The notes below the pieces were generated by a model. The model was not told the origin of the DNA, did no database searches, and saw only the letters and a program-made list of their open reading frames with translations. A stretch of 64,000 nucleotides of DNA from Holophagales bacterium UBA5066 (lineage in GTDB: Bacteria > Acidobacteriota > Thermoanaerobaculia > UBA5066): the NCBI GenBank assembly GCA_002414905.1, contig DIAY01000014.1:741-64740 (forward strand), given 5' to 3'. Of this stretch, positions 18,151 through 27,069 are shown piece by piece. How positions within the stretch are numbered: the first letter of the stretch is position 1; each line of letters opens with the position of its first letter. Made by a program: the position numbers and the translations under genes.

Positions 18151-18933
18151 CTACGTCCCCGTGACGAGGCCGCCGTCGACGGAGAGGACGGTGCCGTGGA
18201 CGAAGGTCGCCTGGTCCGACGCGAGCCAGACGTAGGCGTTTGCAATGTCGCCGGGCTCTCCCATCCGGCCGATCGGCGTGTGGGCGACCATTCCCTCGAG
18301 GACTTTGGCGGGCATCGCCTTGAGGATCTCGGTCGCGACGAAGCCGGGGCAGACCGCGTTCACGCGGATCCGGAACTTGCCCAGCTCGCGTGCCCAGGTC
18401 TTCGTCATGCCGATGACGCCGGCCTTCGTGGCGACGTAGTTCGTCTGCCCGAAGTTGCCGTAGAGACCGACGACCGACGAGGCATTGAGAATCACGCCGC
18501 CGCCGCCCGCGATCATGTGGGGCGTCACGGCGCGGGTGCAGAGAAACACCCCCTTGAGGTTCACGCCGATCACGGCATCCCACTGTTCGTCGGTCATCGT
18601 GGTCTGGACGGCCCCGTCCTTGTACTTGACCAGCTGGGCGTCCCGGACGATCCCGGCGTTGTTGACGAGGACGTCGACGCGCCCCCATTTCGCCACGACG
18701 GCCTCGACGGCCTGCGCGACCGAGGCCGGGTCGGCGACATTCACTTTGGCGGCGAGGGCGTCAGGGGCTCCGGCGGCCTTCAGGTCGTCCACGAGGGCCG
18801 CGGCATCCACGACGTCCCAGGCGGCGACCTTCGCCCCTTCCTTTGCGAACCTCAGGGCCGTGGCCCGACCGATCCCGGCGGCGGCGCCGGTGACGATGAC
18901 GATGCGCCCGGCGAGTCCTGTCTCGATGCTCAT
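18151..18933 (-). CDS. Short-chain dehydrogenase/reductase, 3-oxoacyl reductase (FabG-like)
   Basis: Trimmed from ORF 18151..19512 to the ATG at 18933 (SD GGAAGGAGAG). Motifs TGAAAGIGRA, NNAG, YVATKAG, PGFVAT. Confidence 0.85.
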   Translation of the reverse strand: MSIETGLAGRIVIVTGAAAGIGRATALRFAKEGAKVAAWDVVDAAALVDDLKAAGAPDALAAKVNVADPASVAQAVEAVVAKWGRVDVLVNNAGIVRDAQLVKYKDGAVQTTMTDEQWDAVIGVNLKGVFLCTRAVTPHMIAGGGGVILNASSVVGLYGNFGQTNYVATKAGVIGMTKTWARELGKFRIRVNAVCPGFVATEILKAMPAKVLEGMVAHTPIGRMGEPGDIANAYVWLASDQATFVHGTVLSVDGGLVTGT

Positions 18934-19001
18934 GACGAAGTCTCTCCTTCCGCCGGCCCGGAGGCGGCGGTCGTCGCCCTGCGCGGCGCGGGGCGGGAAG
19001 T

Positions 19002-19028
19002 CCGGCGGGCGGGAGACCCGCCCGCCGG
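19002..19028 (-). terminator. Perfect 12-bp GC hairpin between the TonB-dependent receptor and the downstream operon (terminator/attenuator candidate)
   Basis: ccggcgggcggg-aga-cccgcccgccgg, 25 nt after the receptor stop (19053). No clear U-tract follows on the minus strand. Confidence 0.4.
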
Positions 19029-19052
19029 AGGCGTGACGAGAGGGGACGGGAC

Positions 19053-21845
19053 CTAGAAGGCGAACCTCACGCCGACCTGGATCTCGCGGGACGGAAGCGT
19101 CGCGCTCGGCTTGCCGTAGTTCGTGTTCTTCACGGCCACCGCTGCCGGGTTGGCAATCGTCGGGCCGGAGAGGTATTGCGCCCCGTCGATCGAGGAGACG
19201 TCGTAGTTCGTGGTGTTGAAGAGGTTGAACCCTTCGACGATCAGCTCGAGGTTCCCGGCCGTGCCGATGACAAACGACTTGGCCAGGCGCAGGTCGAAGC
19301 TGCGGTAGAGGGGGCCGTCCACCCCGAAGCGGTCGACGCCGGGCATCCGGTCGCTCGCCTTTCCGTCGCCGTTGTAATCGTAGCCGTAGCGGCTCGTCCA
19401 GGGCTGTCCGGTGCCGTAATTGAAGATGGGCGCGAGCGTCATCGTCCACGGGAGGCGGAAGACGCCGGAGATGACGAACCGCATCCGCTCCGCCGACCGA
19501 CCCCGGCCCCACTCGTTGGCCAGGTTCGCCGGGTCGCTCGGATAACCCGTCGGGAACTCGGGGCTGAAGTCGTCGTTGCGGTTGTACTTGCTCGCGAAGG
19601 TGACCGAGCCCATGACGAGGTGGCCACCCTTGAGGTTTCCGTTCAGGGAGAACGTGAGCGCCTTGTACTCGGACTCGCCGTCGTTGGAGTAGACGTTCAC
19701 CTGGTTGTACTGCTTCATCGGGCGGGTCGGGTTCGCATTCCCGTTCCAGTTGACGTCGTGGACGATGAGCTCCTTCTCGCCCTTCACCCAGACGCCCTCG
19801 ACGTCGAGGTAGAGGCCGGTGTGCCAGAGCCGGGAGGTCAGGCCCGCGCTGAACTGGCTCGCCTCGGGGGCGACGACCGTCTTGTCGAGGAGGGTGATGT
19901 CGATCGGGAGCGGGAGGCCCGTGGTCGTCGGGTTCTTCGGGTCGAGGGCGAAGGCGGGGAGGCCGTAGAGGAGGCCATTCACACGGGTGTAGAGCTTGCG
20001 ACCGGTGACACCGTTCTGCTGGAGCTCGGTGAAGGAGGGGACGAGGAGGTTGCGGCCGACGAAGAGGCCCCAGCCGGCCCGCCCGACGAACTGCCCGGTC
20101 TTCGTGACGTCCCAGGAGAGACCGATGCGCGGCTGGAAGTTGTTCGTGTCTCTCTCGCGGGGCTCGGGGACGAGCGGGTGGGTGAAGCCGGTGTTATTGC
20201 CGTTCGTGTCGATGTCGTAGCGAAGGCCGAGGCTCACCGTCAGGTTCGGCATCGGCCGCCAGTCGTCCTGGACGAATGCCGCAATCCGGTTGGTCGTGAC
20301 GGTGACGTCGCTCGAGCCGACGCCATAGCCGTAGGCGATCGGGAAAGCCTTCGTGTCGGTTGCCCAGAGGAAGAGGCCCGTGGCGTAGGTGTCGATGATC
20401 GAGCGGTCCTTGATGTGCTGCCAGCCCGCGCCGACCTTCACGTCGTGCGTGCCGCTGCTGCCGGGCAGGTGAAAGTAGAGCGTGTCGCGGATCTCGAACT
20501 GGTCCCCCTCGCCGAGGAGATCGCCGAGGATGTTGCCGCCGGTCTTGAGAGTGATGCCGTTGGAGTACCAGTCGGCGACGGCGTCGGAGTTCGTCGGCTC
20601 GAAGTACTTCCGGCTCCCGTACTGGGCGCGGAGCTCGTTGGTGGTGGAGGCCCCGAGGACCGCGGTGTGGCCCCCTGTGAAGTTGTAGTTGTCGCGCTGG
20701 AGCTCCTGCCCGTAGGAGGCGTCCTGGACGCCGCCGACACGGAAGTTCTCGAGGCGGTAGCGCTCGTAGTCGGCCTTGAAGAGGAGCGACTGCGAGTCGG
20801 TGAGGCTGTGCGTGATCGAGCCGAAGGCAAGGAGCTGCTTCGTCGGCACCTCGAGGTCGGCCGCCTGCGACACGAAGGCGCCCTGGGGCCGGAAGAGCGA
20901 CGGCCGTACCTCGTCGACGTACTCGCCCGAGAGGAAGAAGTGGGTCTTGTCCTTGACGATCGGGCCACCGAGCGAAACACCGTACTGGCCGCGGCGGAAG
21001 TCGACGCTGGAATCCTTCTCGAGGGCGCCCTTCGCACGCATGGACGCGTCCCGGTAGTACGCGAAGAGGGAGCCTTTGATCTCGTTCGTACCGGTCTTCG
21101 TGAGGACCGTCAGAGCTCCGCCAGCCGATCCGCCGACCTCGGCGTCGAACCGGGAATTCACGACGCGGAACTCGGAGATGGCGTCCTGGGAGACGCGCGT
21201 CTTGGCGAGGCCGAGGGCGGGGTCCGTATAGTCGACGCCGTCGACGAGGATGGTCGACTGGCTTGCGTTGCCCCCCGAGCCGATGACCGGACCGCCCGTG
21301 ACGAAGCGGAACTCGCCCCGCTCACGCTGCACTCCCGGCGCGATAAAGGCGAGCTTCTCGAACTCCCGGTTGGCGACCGGCAGCGCCTTGATCTGCTCCG
21401 GGATGATGTTCGTGGAGGAGTCGATCTTGTAGACGTCGACGAGAGGCGCCTCGCCGATGACCGTCACCGCCTCAGCGATCGCCTTTGCGCGGAGGACGAC
21501 CCTGACCCTGGCCGTCTGGCCGATCCTGAGCGTCAGCGCCTGCTCGACCGGCTCGAAGCCCTGGAGGGCGACCCTGGCCAGGTAGCCCGCCGCCGGCGGG
21601 AGGGCCGGGAAGCGTGCCGTCCCGGCGGCCGAGGTCACGGAGGTGCGGGTGAAGCCGGTTTCGGCTCGCTTGAGCTCGACCGAAACGCCGGGAAGGGCGA
21701 CGCCCGTCTCGTCGACGACGTCGATCTCCACCGTGGCGTCGGCGGTCTGGGCCACGGCGGGCGCGGCCCATGGCAGCGCAGGCAGAAGCAGGGCCCCGAA
21801 GAGGGCTACGGCACGCAGGAAGGGGGTTCGGGTCGGCCTCGTCAT
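19053..21845 (-). CDS. TonB-dependent outer-membrane receptor with carboxypeptidase-regulatory-like N-terminal domain
   Basis: Signal peptide ..ALPWAAPAVAQ. CarboxypepD_reg-like domain VEIDVVDETGVALPGVSVELKRAETGFTRTSVTSAAGTARF. Plug/barrel-type sequence and a C-terminal aromatic residue (..VGVRFAF). SD GGGAGGAA. Confidence 0.85.
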   Translation of the reverse strand: MTRPTRTPFLRAVALFGALLLPALPWAAPAVAQTADATVEIDVVDETGVALPGVSVELKRAETGFTRTSVTSAAGTARFPALPPAAGYLARVALQGFEPVEQALTLRIGQTARVRVVLRAKAIAEAVTVIGEAPLVDVYKIDSSTNIIPEQIKALPVANREFEKLAFIAPGVQRERGEFRFVTGGPVIGSGGNASQSTILVDGVDYTDPALGLAKTRVSQDAISEFRVVNSRFDAEVGGSAGGALTVLTKTGTNEIKGSLFAYYRDASMRAKGALEKDSSVDFRRGQYGVSLGGPIVKDKTHFFLSGEYVDEVRPSLFRPQGAFVSQAADLEVPTKQLLAFGSITHSLTDSQSLLFKADYERYRLENFRVGGVQDASYGQELQRDNYNFTGGHTAVLGASTTNELRAQYGSRKYFEPTNSDAVADWYSNGITLKTGGNILGDLLGEGDQFEIRDTLYFHLPGSSGTHDVKVGAGWQHIKDRSIIDTYATGLFLWATDTKAFPIAYGYGVGSSDVTVTTNRIAAFVQDDWRPMPNLTVSLGLRYDIDTNGNNTGFTHPLVPEPRERDTNNFQPRIGLSWDVTKTGQFVGRAGWGLFVGRNLLVPSFTELQQNGVTGRKLYTRVNGLLYGLPAFALDPKNPTTTGLPLPIDITLLDKTVVAPEASQFSAGLTSRLWHTGLYLDVEGVWVKGEKELIVHDVNWNGNANPTRPMKQYNQVNVYSNDGESEYKALTFSLNGNLKGGHLVMGSVTFASKYNRNDDFSPEFPTGYPSDPANLANEWGRGRSAERMRFVISGVFRLPWTMTLAPIFNYGTGQPWTSRYGYDYNGDGKASDRMPGVDRFGVDGPLYRSFDLRLAKSFVIGTAGNLELIVEGFNLFNTTNYDVSSIDGAQYLSGPTIANPAAVAVKNTNYGKPSATLPSREIQVGVRFAF

Positions 21846-21961
21846 CTCGTTCCTCCCGGGCGACTCAGCGCCCTAAGTACAGAAAGCCTCGATTCGCAGA
21901 TCGAGAAAGACGGCCGGCACAGGCCTCCGCCGGATCCCGTCCGCGAGTCCTGCGCATCACA

Positions 21962-21979
21962 ATACCGAACACTCGGTAT
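21962..21979. promoter_or_regulatory. Palindrome ATACCGA-ACAC-TCGGTAT upstream of the TonB-dependent receptor (operator candidate)
   Basis: 7-bp perfect arms with a 4-nt spacer, in a locally AT-richer stretch about 117 nt upstream of the receptor ATG (21845). Confidence 0.25.
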
Positions 21980-22111
21980 GTTTTCCACAAAGGGATTCTG
22001 AGAACGCCGGACGGGACCTGTCAAGGGAAATCGGAGCGGCAATCGAAACGGCCGAGCCGGTCGTTTCCGGCCCTGGCTTCGCTGGTCTCCTCCGCCCGTC
22101 CTCGGATTCCT

Positions 22112-23974
22112 TCAGCCTATGCGGCTCTTCCGGCGTCCCGGGCGGCTCGAAACCCTCTCGGTCAGCTGGAGATTCCGCCGGATCTGCTCGAGCATCCGGG
22201 CTTCCAGCCCGCCGAGCCGCTCGATCGATCGCCCGCCCCGGCGCTTGGCCCGGTCGAGGGCTTTTCGCGCCGCCTTCGCATCCCCGACCGCCAGATAGGC
22301 AAGGCCGAGGTGCGCCAGGCCGGTCGGAGTCTCCCCCAGTTCGGCGGCCCGGGAGAGGCACTCCACCGCGCGGGCGAACTCCTTACGCTTGTAATGGACC
22401 CAGCCCTTTGCTGCCAGCGGGAACTGCCTCATGTCGCGGGGAGAGAGGCGCAGCGCCCTCTCGGCGTCTTCGAGCGCCTCGTCGAGCTGCTCCCCCATCT
22501 CGGCCCGGGCTGCGGCCCTCTGGAAGTAGCCGATGGACCGCGCGTAATTCGACGTGACGGTGTCGAGCATCTCCCCCGCCACCTGCGTCCCCTCGCGGAA
22601 CTTGCCCTCCGCGCGAAGCGCTTCGAGGAGCGTGGCCCATGCGGCCGCAGCGATCGGCTCCTCGGGCTTGAGCGCGAGGATCCGGCGCGTCGTCGCCACC
22701 GCCTCGACCGTCCTTCCGACAGCCGAGCAGACGAGGGCGTAGGCGATCTGGAGAGTGGGGTTCTCGGGGTCCGCTTTCAGCGCCCGCCGGCAGAGGACGA
22801 GCGCCTTCTGCGGGTCCCTCGCAGCCACCGCCGCGGCCCGTCCGGCCCTGTCGGCGGCCGGGCCCTTCAGCCCGGGCAGCATCCCGGCCCCGGCGGGACC
22901 AAGGAGCTTGCTGGCCTCCTGCAGCTCGATCCGGTTCGGGTTCAGCTCGAGAGCCGCCTGAAACCGCTCGGCCGCCTTCTGCGTCCACCCCCGGTCGAGG
23001 TAGCAGAGGCCGAGCTGGAACAGCCCGTCCTCATCGTCGGGGTCGAGCTTGACCGCCCGCTGGAGCGCGTCGATGGCGTCCCGCAGGCGTCCGCGCTCGT
23101 AGGCGATCGTCCCGAGGAGGGAGAGCGCCTGCGCGTTCTCCTCGATCTGGACCGCTCGCTTCAGGAGCACCTCGGCCTTCGCGAGCTGCCCGGCGCCGGC
23201 GTGGATCGCCCCGAGCGCAAAGGCCGGCAGAAAAGCGTCCGGCCGCAGGGCGAGCGCCCTCTTGAGAAAGTCGACGGCCCTCTCCGGGCGTCCCAGGTCG
23301 TTCTCGAGAACGCCGGAGTAGACGAGGGCCTCGAAGTGCTGCGGTCTCCGCTCGAGGACGTGCTTCAGGGCCGGCGCCGCCTTGCCCGCCTCGCCGTCGT
23401 TGAACCAGCTCTCGCCGAGGAAGAACGCCAGCTCCGCATTCCTGCGGTCGAGCTTCCACGCCTCCTCCAGTATCCCCATAGCCTTCTCGGGATCGAGGGC
23501 GAAGAAGGCGAGCTCGGCGTCGCCGAGGAGCCCGACGAGCCTCTCGCGCCCGGCCCCCTTGTGCTCGGCGAGGATCCGCTCCTTCCGCTCGAGGAAGCGC
23601 TCCCGCTTCTCGAGCACCGTCATGTGCTGATCGACGCGCCCTTCCCAGAGCTCGACGAATTCCTGCTCGACGAGGAGTCCTTTCCGCTCGAGGAGATCCT
23701 TGAGCGCGAGGAGGCCGGTCTGGATGACGAATCCGTTCTTCTCCTGCCGGTGGAACCCCTCGAGGAGTGCCTTCAGCGTCTCGGCGCTTCGCTTGACGAT
23801 CTCCTCGAGGACGGAAACCCTCTCGAGGAGGTGCTCGTCGAGGGAGATCCCTTCTCCCGACGGTCCCTCGTCGTACGTCTCGCTCGAGCCGGAGACGACG
23901 AGGAGCTTGTTCTGGCACTTCCGGCAGAACTCCTGGTCGAGGTCGTTCGCCGCTCCGCAGACCTGGCAGATCAA
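22112..23974 (-). CDS. Zinc-ribbon + TPR repeat protein
   Basis: Trimmed from ORF 22112..24310 to the TTG at 23974, which overlaps the hbd stop (TTGA, 23971-23974). N-terminal [22 protein letters not shown], followed by multiple TPR units (AL..P....A...LG). Confidence 0.7.
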   Translation of the reverse strand: MICQVCGAANDLDQEFCRKCQNKLLVVSGSSETYDEGPSGEGISLDEHLLERVSVLEEIVKRSAETLKALLEGFHRQEKNGFVIQTGLLALKDLLERKGLLVEQEFVELWEGRVDQHMTVLEKRERFLERKERILAEHKGAGRERLVGLLGDAELAFFALDPEKAMGILEEAWKLDRRNAELAFFLGESWFNDGEAGKAAPALKHVLERRPQHFEALVYSGVLENDLGRPERAVDFLKRALALRPDAFLPAFALGAIHAGAGQLAKAEVLLKRAVQIEENAQALSLLGTIAYERGRLRDAIDALQRAVKLDPDDEDGLFQLGLCYLDRGWTQKAAERFQAALELNPNRIELQEASKLLGPAGAGMLPGLKGPAADRAGRAAAVAARDPQKALVLCRRALKADPENPTLQIAYALVCSAVGRTVEAVATTRRILALKPEEPIAAAAWATLLEALRAEGKFREGTQVAGEMLDTVTSNYARSIGYFQRAAARAEMGEQLDEALEDAERALRLSPRDMRQFPLAAKGWVHYKRKEFARAVECLSRAAELGETPTGLAHLGLAYLAVGDAKAARKALDRAKRRGGRSIERLGGLEARMLEQIRRNLQLTERVSSRPGRRKSRIG

Positions 23975-24849
23975 GTCGGGACCTTCTCCCCGCCTGGCCC
24001 CGAGTAGCGGTAGAAGCCGCGCCCGGCCTTCTTCCCCATCCACCCGGCGTCGACCATCTGGACGAGGAGGGGGCAGGGACGGTATTTGTCGTCCCCGAGA
24101 CCGTGGTGAAGCACCCTCAGGATGGCGAGGCAGGTGTCGAGGCCGATGAAATCGGCGAGGGTGAGCGGACCCATCGGGTGGTTCATCCCGAGCTTCATGA
24201 TCGTGTCGACCGCGTCGGGCGTGGCGACGCCCTCGTACACGGCGAAGACCGCCTCGTTGATCATCGGCATCAGCACCCGGTTCGATACGAAACCGGGAAA
24301 ATCGCGGCATTCGACCGGGACTTTTCCCATCTCCTTCGCAGCGGCGACGACGGCTGCAGCCGTCTCGTCCGACGTCGCTATGCCGCGGATCACCTCGACG
24401 AGCTGCATGACCGGGACGGGATTCATGAAGTGCATCCCGATGACTTTTCCGGGGCGCTTCGTCGCCGCACCGAGGCGCGTGATCGAGATCGAGGAGGTGT
24501 TCGAAGCGAGGATGGCCTCCGGCTTCAGGATCGCGTCGAGGCGAACGTAGAGCGCGCTCTTGACCGCTTCGTCCTCGACGATCGCCTCCACGACGAGGTC
24601 AGCCCCGGCGAGGGCGGTCAGGTCGGCTGACGGGAAGATCCGGGCGAGAGCGGTCTCCGCGGCTTCCGCGGTCACTTTTCCCTTCTCGACCTGGCGAGCG
24701 AGGTTCTTCCGGACGACGGCGAGACCCTTGCCCGCGAGGTCCACAGAGACGTCCGCCAGGACGACGTCCCTACCCGCGAGCGCGGCAACATGGGCGATTC
24801 CCGCCCCCATCTGACCCGCTCCGATGATCCCGATGCGCGTTATCGGCAT
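23971..24849 (-). CDS. hbd: 3-hydroxybutyryl-CoA / 3-hydroxyacyl-CoA dehydrogenase
   Basis: Motifs [46 protein letters not shown] and [17 protein letters not shown]. Confidence 0.9.
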   Translation of the reverse strand: MPITRIGIIGAGQMGAGIAHVAALAGRDVVLADVSVDLAGKGLAVVRKNLARQVEKGKVTAEAAETALARIFPSADLTALAGADLVVEAIVEDEAVKSALYVRLDAILKPEAILASNTSSISITRLGAATKRPGKVIGMHFMNPVPVMQLVEVIRGIATSDETAAAVVAAAKEMGKVPVECRDFPGFVSNRVLMPMINEAVFAVYEGVATPDAVDTIMKLGMNHPMGPLTLADFIGLDTCLAILRVLHHGLGDDKYRPCPLLVQMVDAGWMGKKAGRGFYRYSGPGGEKVPT

Positions 24850-24918
24850 GTCGACTCCATTCGGTCCGCGTCCAAAGCGGCGCCGGGTCGCAAAGCGTAT
24901 CAGGGGGATGCGAGCCCC

Positions 24919-25821
24919 TCAAAAGGCCGGTCGGAGCTCGTTCCTGCGCGAAACCACGACGAGTGTGGCGCCGATACCCAGGAGCGACGCGACCGCCCAC
25001 ACCAGCGGTCCGGCAACCGGAATGAGGGACGCGACGCCGAGAAGGGCGAGGCCGACGGCAAGAGCCGCCGGGTCGCCGAAGAACGGACTCCCTCTCTTCG
25101 CTCCGCGCGTGACGCGCCGACCGATGGCCACGAAGACCGCCGCGAGGCCGAAGACCTTGGCCGCCATAAGGATCGTCAGCAGGAGGGCGGTGAAGAGGAG
25201 CCCCGCCATGGCCGGCAGCACGAGAAGGAGAAACGCCGAGACCAGCAGGGACGAAAGGACCCCTGCCGCGCCGATGGCCGCGACCGTCGCGAGGCTCTGC
25301 GGAAGGGACCCGGCAGCGGCCGAGACGGGGCGGGGGCCAAGGCGAAGGAGGAGAAGGCCGACGGCGAGCCACAGAGCGAGGAGGAGAAGCCGGAAAGCCA
25401 GGAGGAGACCGCTCACTGGTCTGGCCGCCAGCGGTGAGGTCTGGAGCTCGGCAGCGAAAGCGGCCTCGAGCTCTCCCACGCTCAGGACTCGACCGCCGAC
25501 GGCCTGACGGGAGCCACCGTCGAATCGAACAACTCCCCCCACGACGAGGACATTGCCACGGACTTCTGCACCATCGTCGAGGATGACGTTCCCTCCGAAG
25601 GCGATGACGTCCTTATCGACCCGGCCTGCCACGCGAACGCTCCCGCCGACGGCGACGACGGTCCCGGCGAGGACACCCTCCACGACCGCGCCGCGGCCGA
25701 GGACGACGAGGTCGCCCGCCCGCAGCTCCCCGGCCCGGACCACGGAGCCCTGCTGCGCCCAGGCCAACCTCGGGACGGCGAGCAGGACGATGCTGGCGAG
25801 GAGAAGGAGCCGGCGGGCCAT
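24919..25821 (-). CDS. Membrane protein with N-terminal bactofilin-like (beta-helical, polymer-forming-type) repeats
   Basis: Trimmed from ORF 24919..25986 to the ATG at 25821. Signal peptide, then G-x-V/I repeats (VLGRGAVVEGVLAGTVVAVGGSVRVAGRVDKDVIAFGGNVILDDGAEVRGNVLVVGG) and about 5 TM segments. Confidence 0.6.
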   Translation of the reverse strand: MARRLLLLASIVLLAVPRLAWAQQGSVVRAGELRAGDLVVLGRGAVVEGVLAGTVVAVGGSVRVAGRVDKDVIAFGGNVILDDGAEVRGNVLVVGGVVRFDGGSRQAVGGRVLSVGELEAAFAAELQTSPLAARPVSGLLLAFRLLLLALWLAVGLLLLRLGPRPVSAAAGSLPQSLATVAAIGAAGVLSSLLVSAFLLLVLPAMAGLLFTALLLTILMAAKVFGLAAVFVAIGRRVTRGAKRGSPFFGDPAALAVGLALLGVASLIPVAGPLVWAVASLLGIGATLVVVSRRNELRPAF

Positions 25822-25834
25822 CGCTGGCCCCGTC

Positions 25835-26344
25835 TCAGCCCTGACGAGGGACGACGGCAACCGCCGGCCGCCGAAGCCGGACGAGGGCCACTCCGAGCGA
25901 GGAGGCCGCCACAACCGCCGCGGAGCCGAGGAGGGCGATCGCACCCCGGGGCATCTGTTGCGCGGCGCGACCGGTACCCTCGGCAAGGAGGGGCAGGGCC
26001 GTCATCAGGGTTGCGACAGGCCGGCCGAACGCAACGGCGACGAGCTCGATCCAGACGGTGACCGCCGTCGAGGGGCCGAGGCTCCAAAGGGGCGTCAGCG
26101 CAAGGCCGAGGCTTCCGGTCAGGAGGCCGAGACCGAGTCCAGCCGGCAGCCTCCAGTGCGAGGCGCGGCACACCTCCCAGGGTGCGAAAGGCCGGCGATC
26201 CAGGATCCGTCGGGCGAAATCGGCCGGGAGCCCGTCCCCTTGTGGAACCGCAACCAACTCGTCCAGAAGGACTTCCAGTCTCCGGTCGCGTTCGAGATCG
26301 CCCGGAGCCGGGGCGGAATCGGTGGTCAGCGCGTTCGTCGTCAT
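25835..26344 (-). CDS. Membrane protein, candidate anti-sigma factor (by position only)
   Basis: 169 aa starting 12 nt after the ECF sigma stop. Cytoplasmic N-terminus plus about 3 TM segments. No zf-HC2 motif seen. Confidence 0.5.
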   Translation of the reverse strand: MTTNALTTDSAPAPGDLERDRRLEVLLDELVAVPQGDGLPADFARRILDRRPFAPWEVCRASHWRLPAGLGLGLLTGSLGLALTPLWSLGPSTAVTVWIELVAVAFGRPVATLMTALPLLAEGTGRAAQQMPRGAIALLGSAAVVAASSLGVALVRLRRPAVAVVPRQG

Positions 26345-26356
26345 CGTCCCGTCTCT

Positions 26357-26971
26357 CTATACGGTGCCTTTCGGCAAAAGATCTCGAAGGGCCTGCCGGG
26401 CCCGGAAGAGCTTGTTCTTGACCGTTCCCAGGGGCATCCCTTTCAGCTCGGCGATCTCCTCGTACGCCAGCTGGCCGTGGTGCCGGAGGCTGATGAGTTC
26501 CCGGTAGTCGTCCGGGAGGCGCTCGATGGCCAGATCGAGCGCCTCTCTCAGGCGGGTCCGGGAGAGCTCCTCCAGCGGGTCGGGCTTGCCGTCCACGGGA
26601 TCGATCCTTCTCCCCTCCGATTCTTCGTCCGCCGGAAGCTGGAGGGGAATCGCACGAATTCGCCGCCGGCGAAGGTGATCGATCGAGGCGTTTCCCGCGA
26701 TCCGGAAGGCCCATGTAGAGAACCGGTACCGCGGGTCGTACGAATCGAGGGCCGAGTAGATCTTGAAGAAAACCTCCTGCGTCACGTCGCGGGCATCCTC
26801 GGGGTCACCGAGGTAGCGCGACACGAACCGGAAGAGGCGCAGCTTGTACCGGTCGACGAGGACCGTAAACAGCTCTTCCTCCCCCGCGAGGATTCGGGCG
26901 ACGAGATCGCCGTCGGAGAGCGCGCCCCCGGAGTCCACCTTGCGATCCTGCCACAGCGCGGGGTGCGCCAC
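26357..26971 (-). CDS. ECF-type RNA polymerase sigma-70 family factor
   Basis: Region 2 (YRFVSRYLGDPEDARDVTQEVFFKIY, FSTWAFRIAGNASIDHLRRR) and region 4 (LSLRHHGQLAYEEIAELKGMPLGTVKNKLFRARQAL). The start is uncertain: GTG 26971 has no SD; the alternative is GTG 26938. Confidence 0.9.
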   Translation of the reverse strand: MAHPALWQDRKVDSGGALSDGDLVARILAGEEELFTVLVDRYKLRLFRFVSRYLGDPEDARDVTQEVFFKIYSALDSYDPRYRFSTWAFRIAGNASIDHLRRRRIRAIPLQLPADEESEGRRIDPVDGKPDPLEELSRTRLREALDLAIERLPDDYRELISLRHHGQLAYEEIAELKGMPLGTVKNKLFRARQALRDLLPKGTV

Positions 26972-27069
26972 CGATTTAAGGAAATGGCGCGATGCGCCCC
27001 GATCCCACGCGGGACAATCCTGCGTGAGGCGCGCCCGGGATCGAGCACTTCGAACCGGAAGGTGATTGC

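Noticed and set aside
11648-18933. Calling the KAS III-like / hydrolase / AMP-ligase / SDR set an oleABCD olefin (beta-lactone) cluster
   Set aside because: The gene order is suggestive, but the hydrolases have GxSxG Ser nucleophiles rather than the Asp nucleophile of OleB. The KAS III-like protein lacks the His/Asn present in OleA. The SDR is a classical FabG-type rather than the extended OleD type. Extra thiolase, PLP and beta-lactamase-fold genes are also present. I kept this only as a comparison in the finding.
19176-22001. 941-aa plus-strand ORF
   Set aside because: It is antisense to the TonB-dependent receptor, which has a signal peptide, an SD, a CarboxypepD_reg-like domain and a C-terminal aromatic residue. 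The composition is low-complexity.
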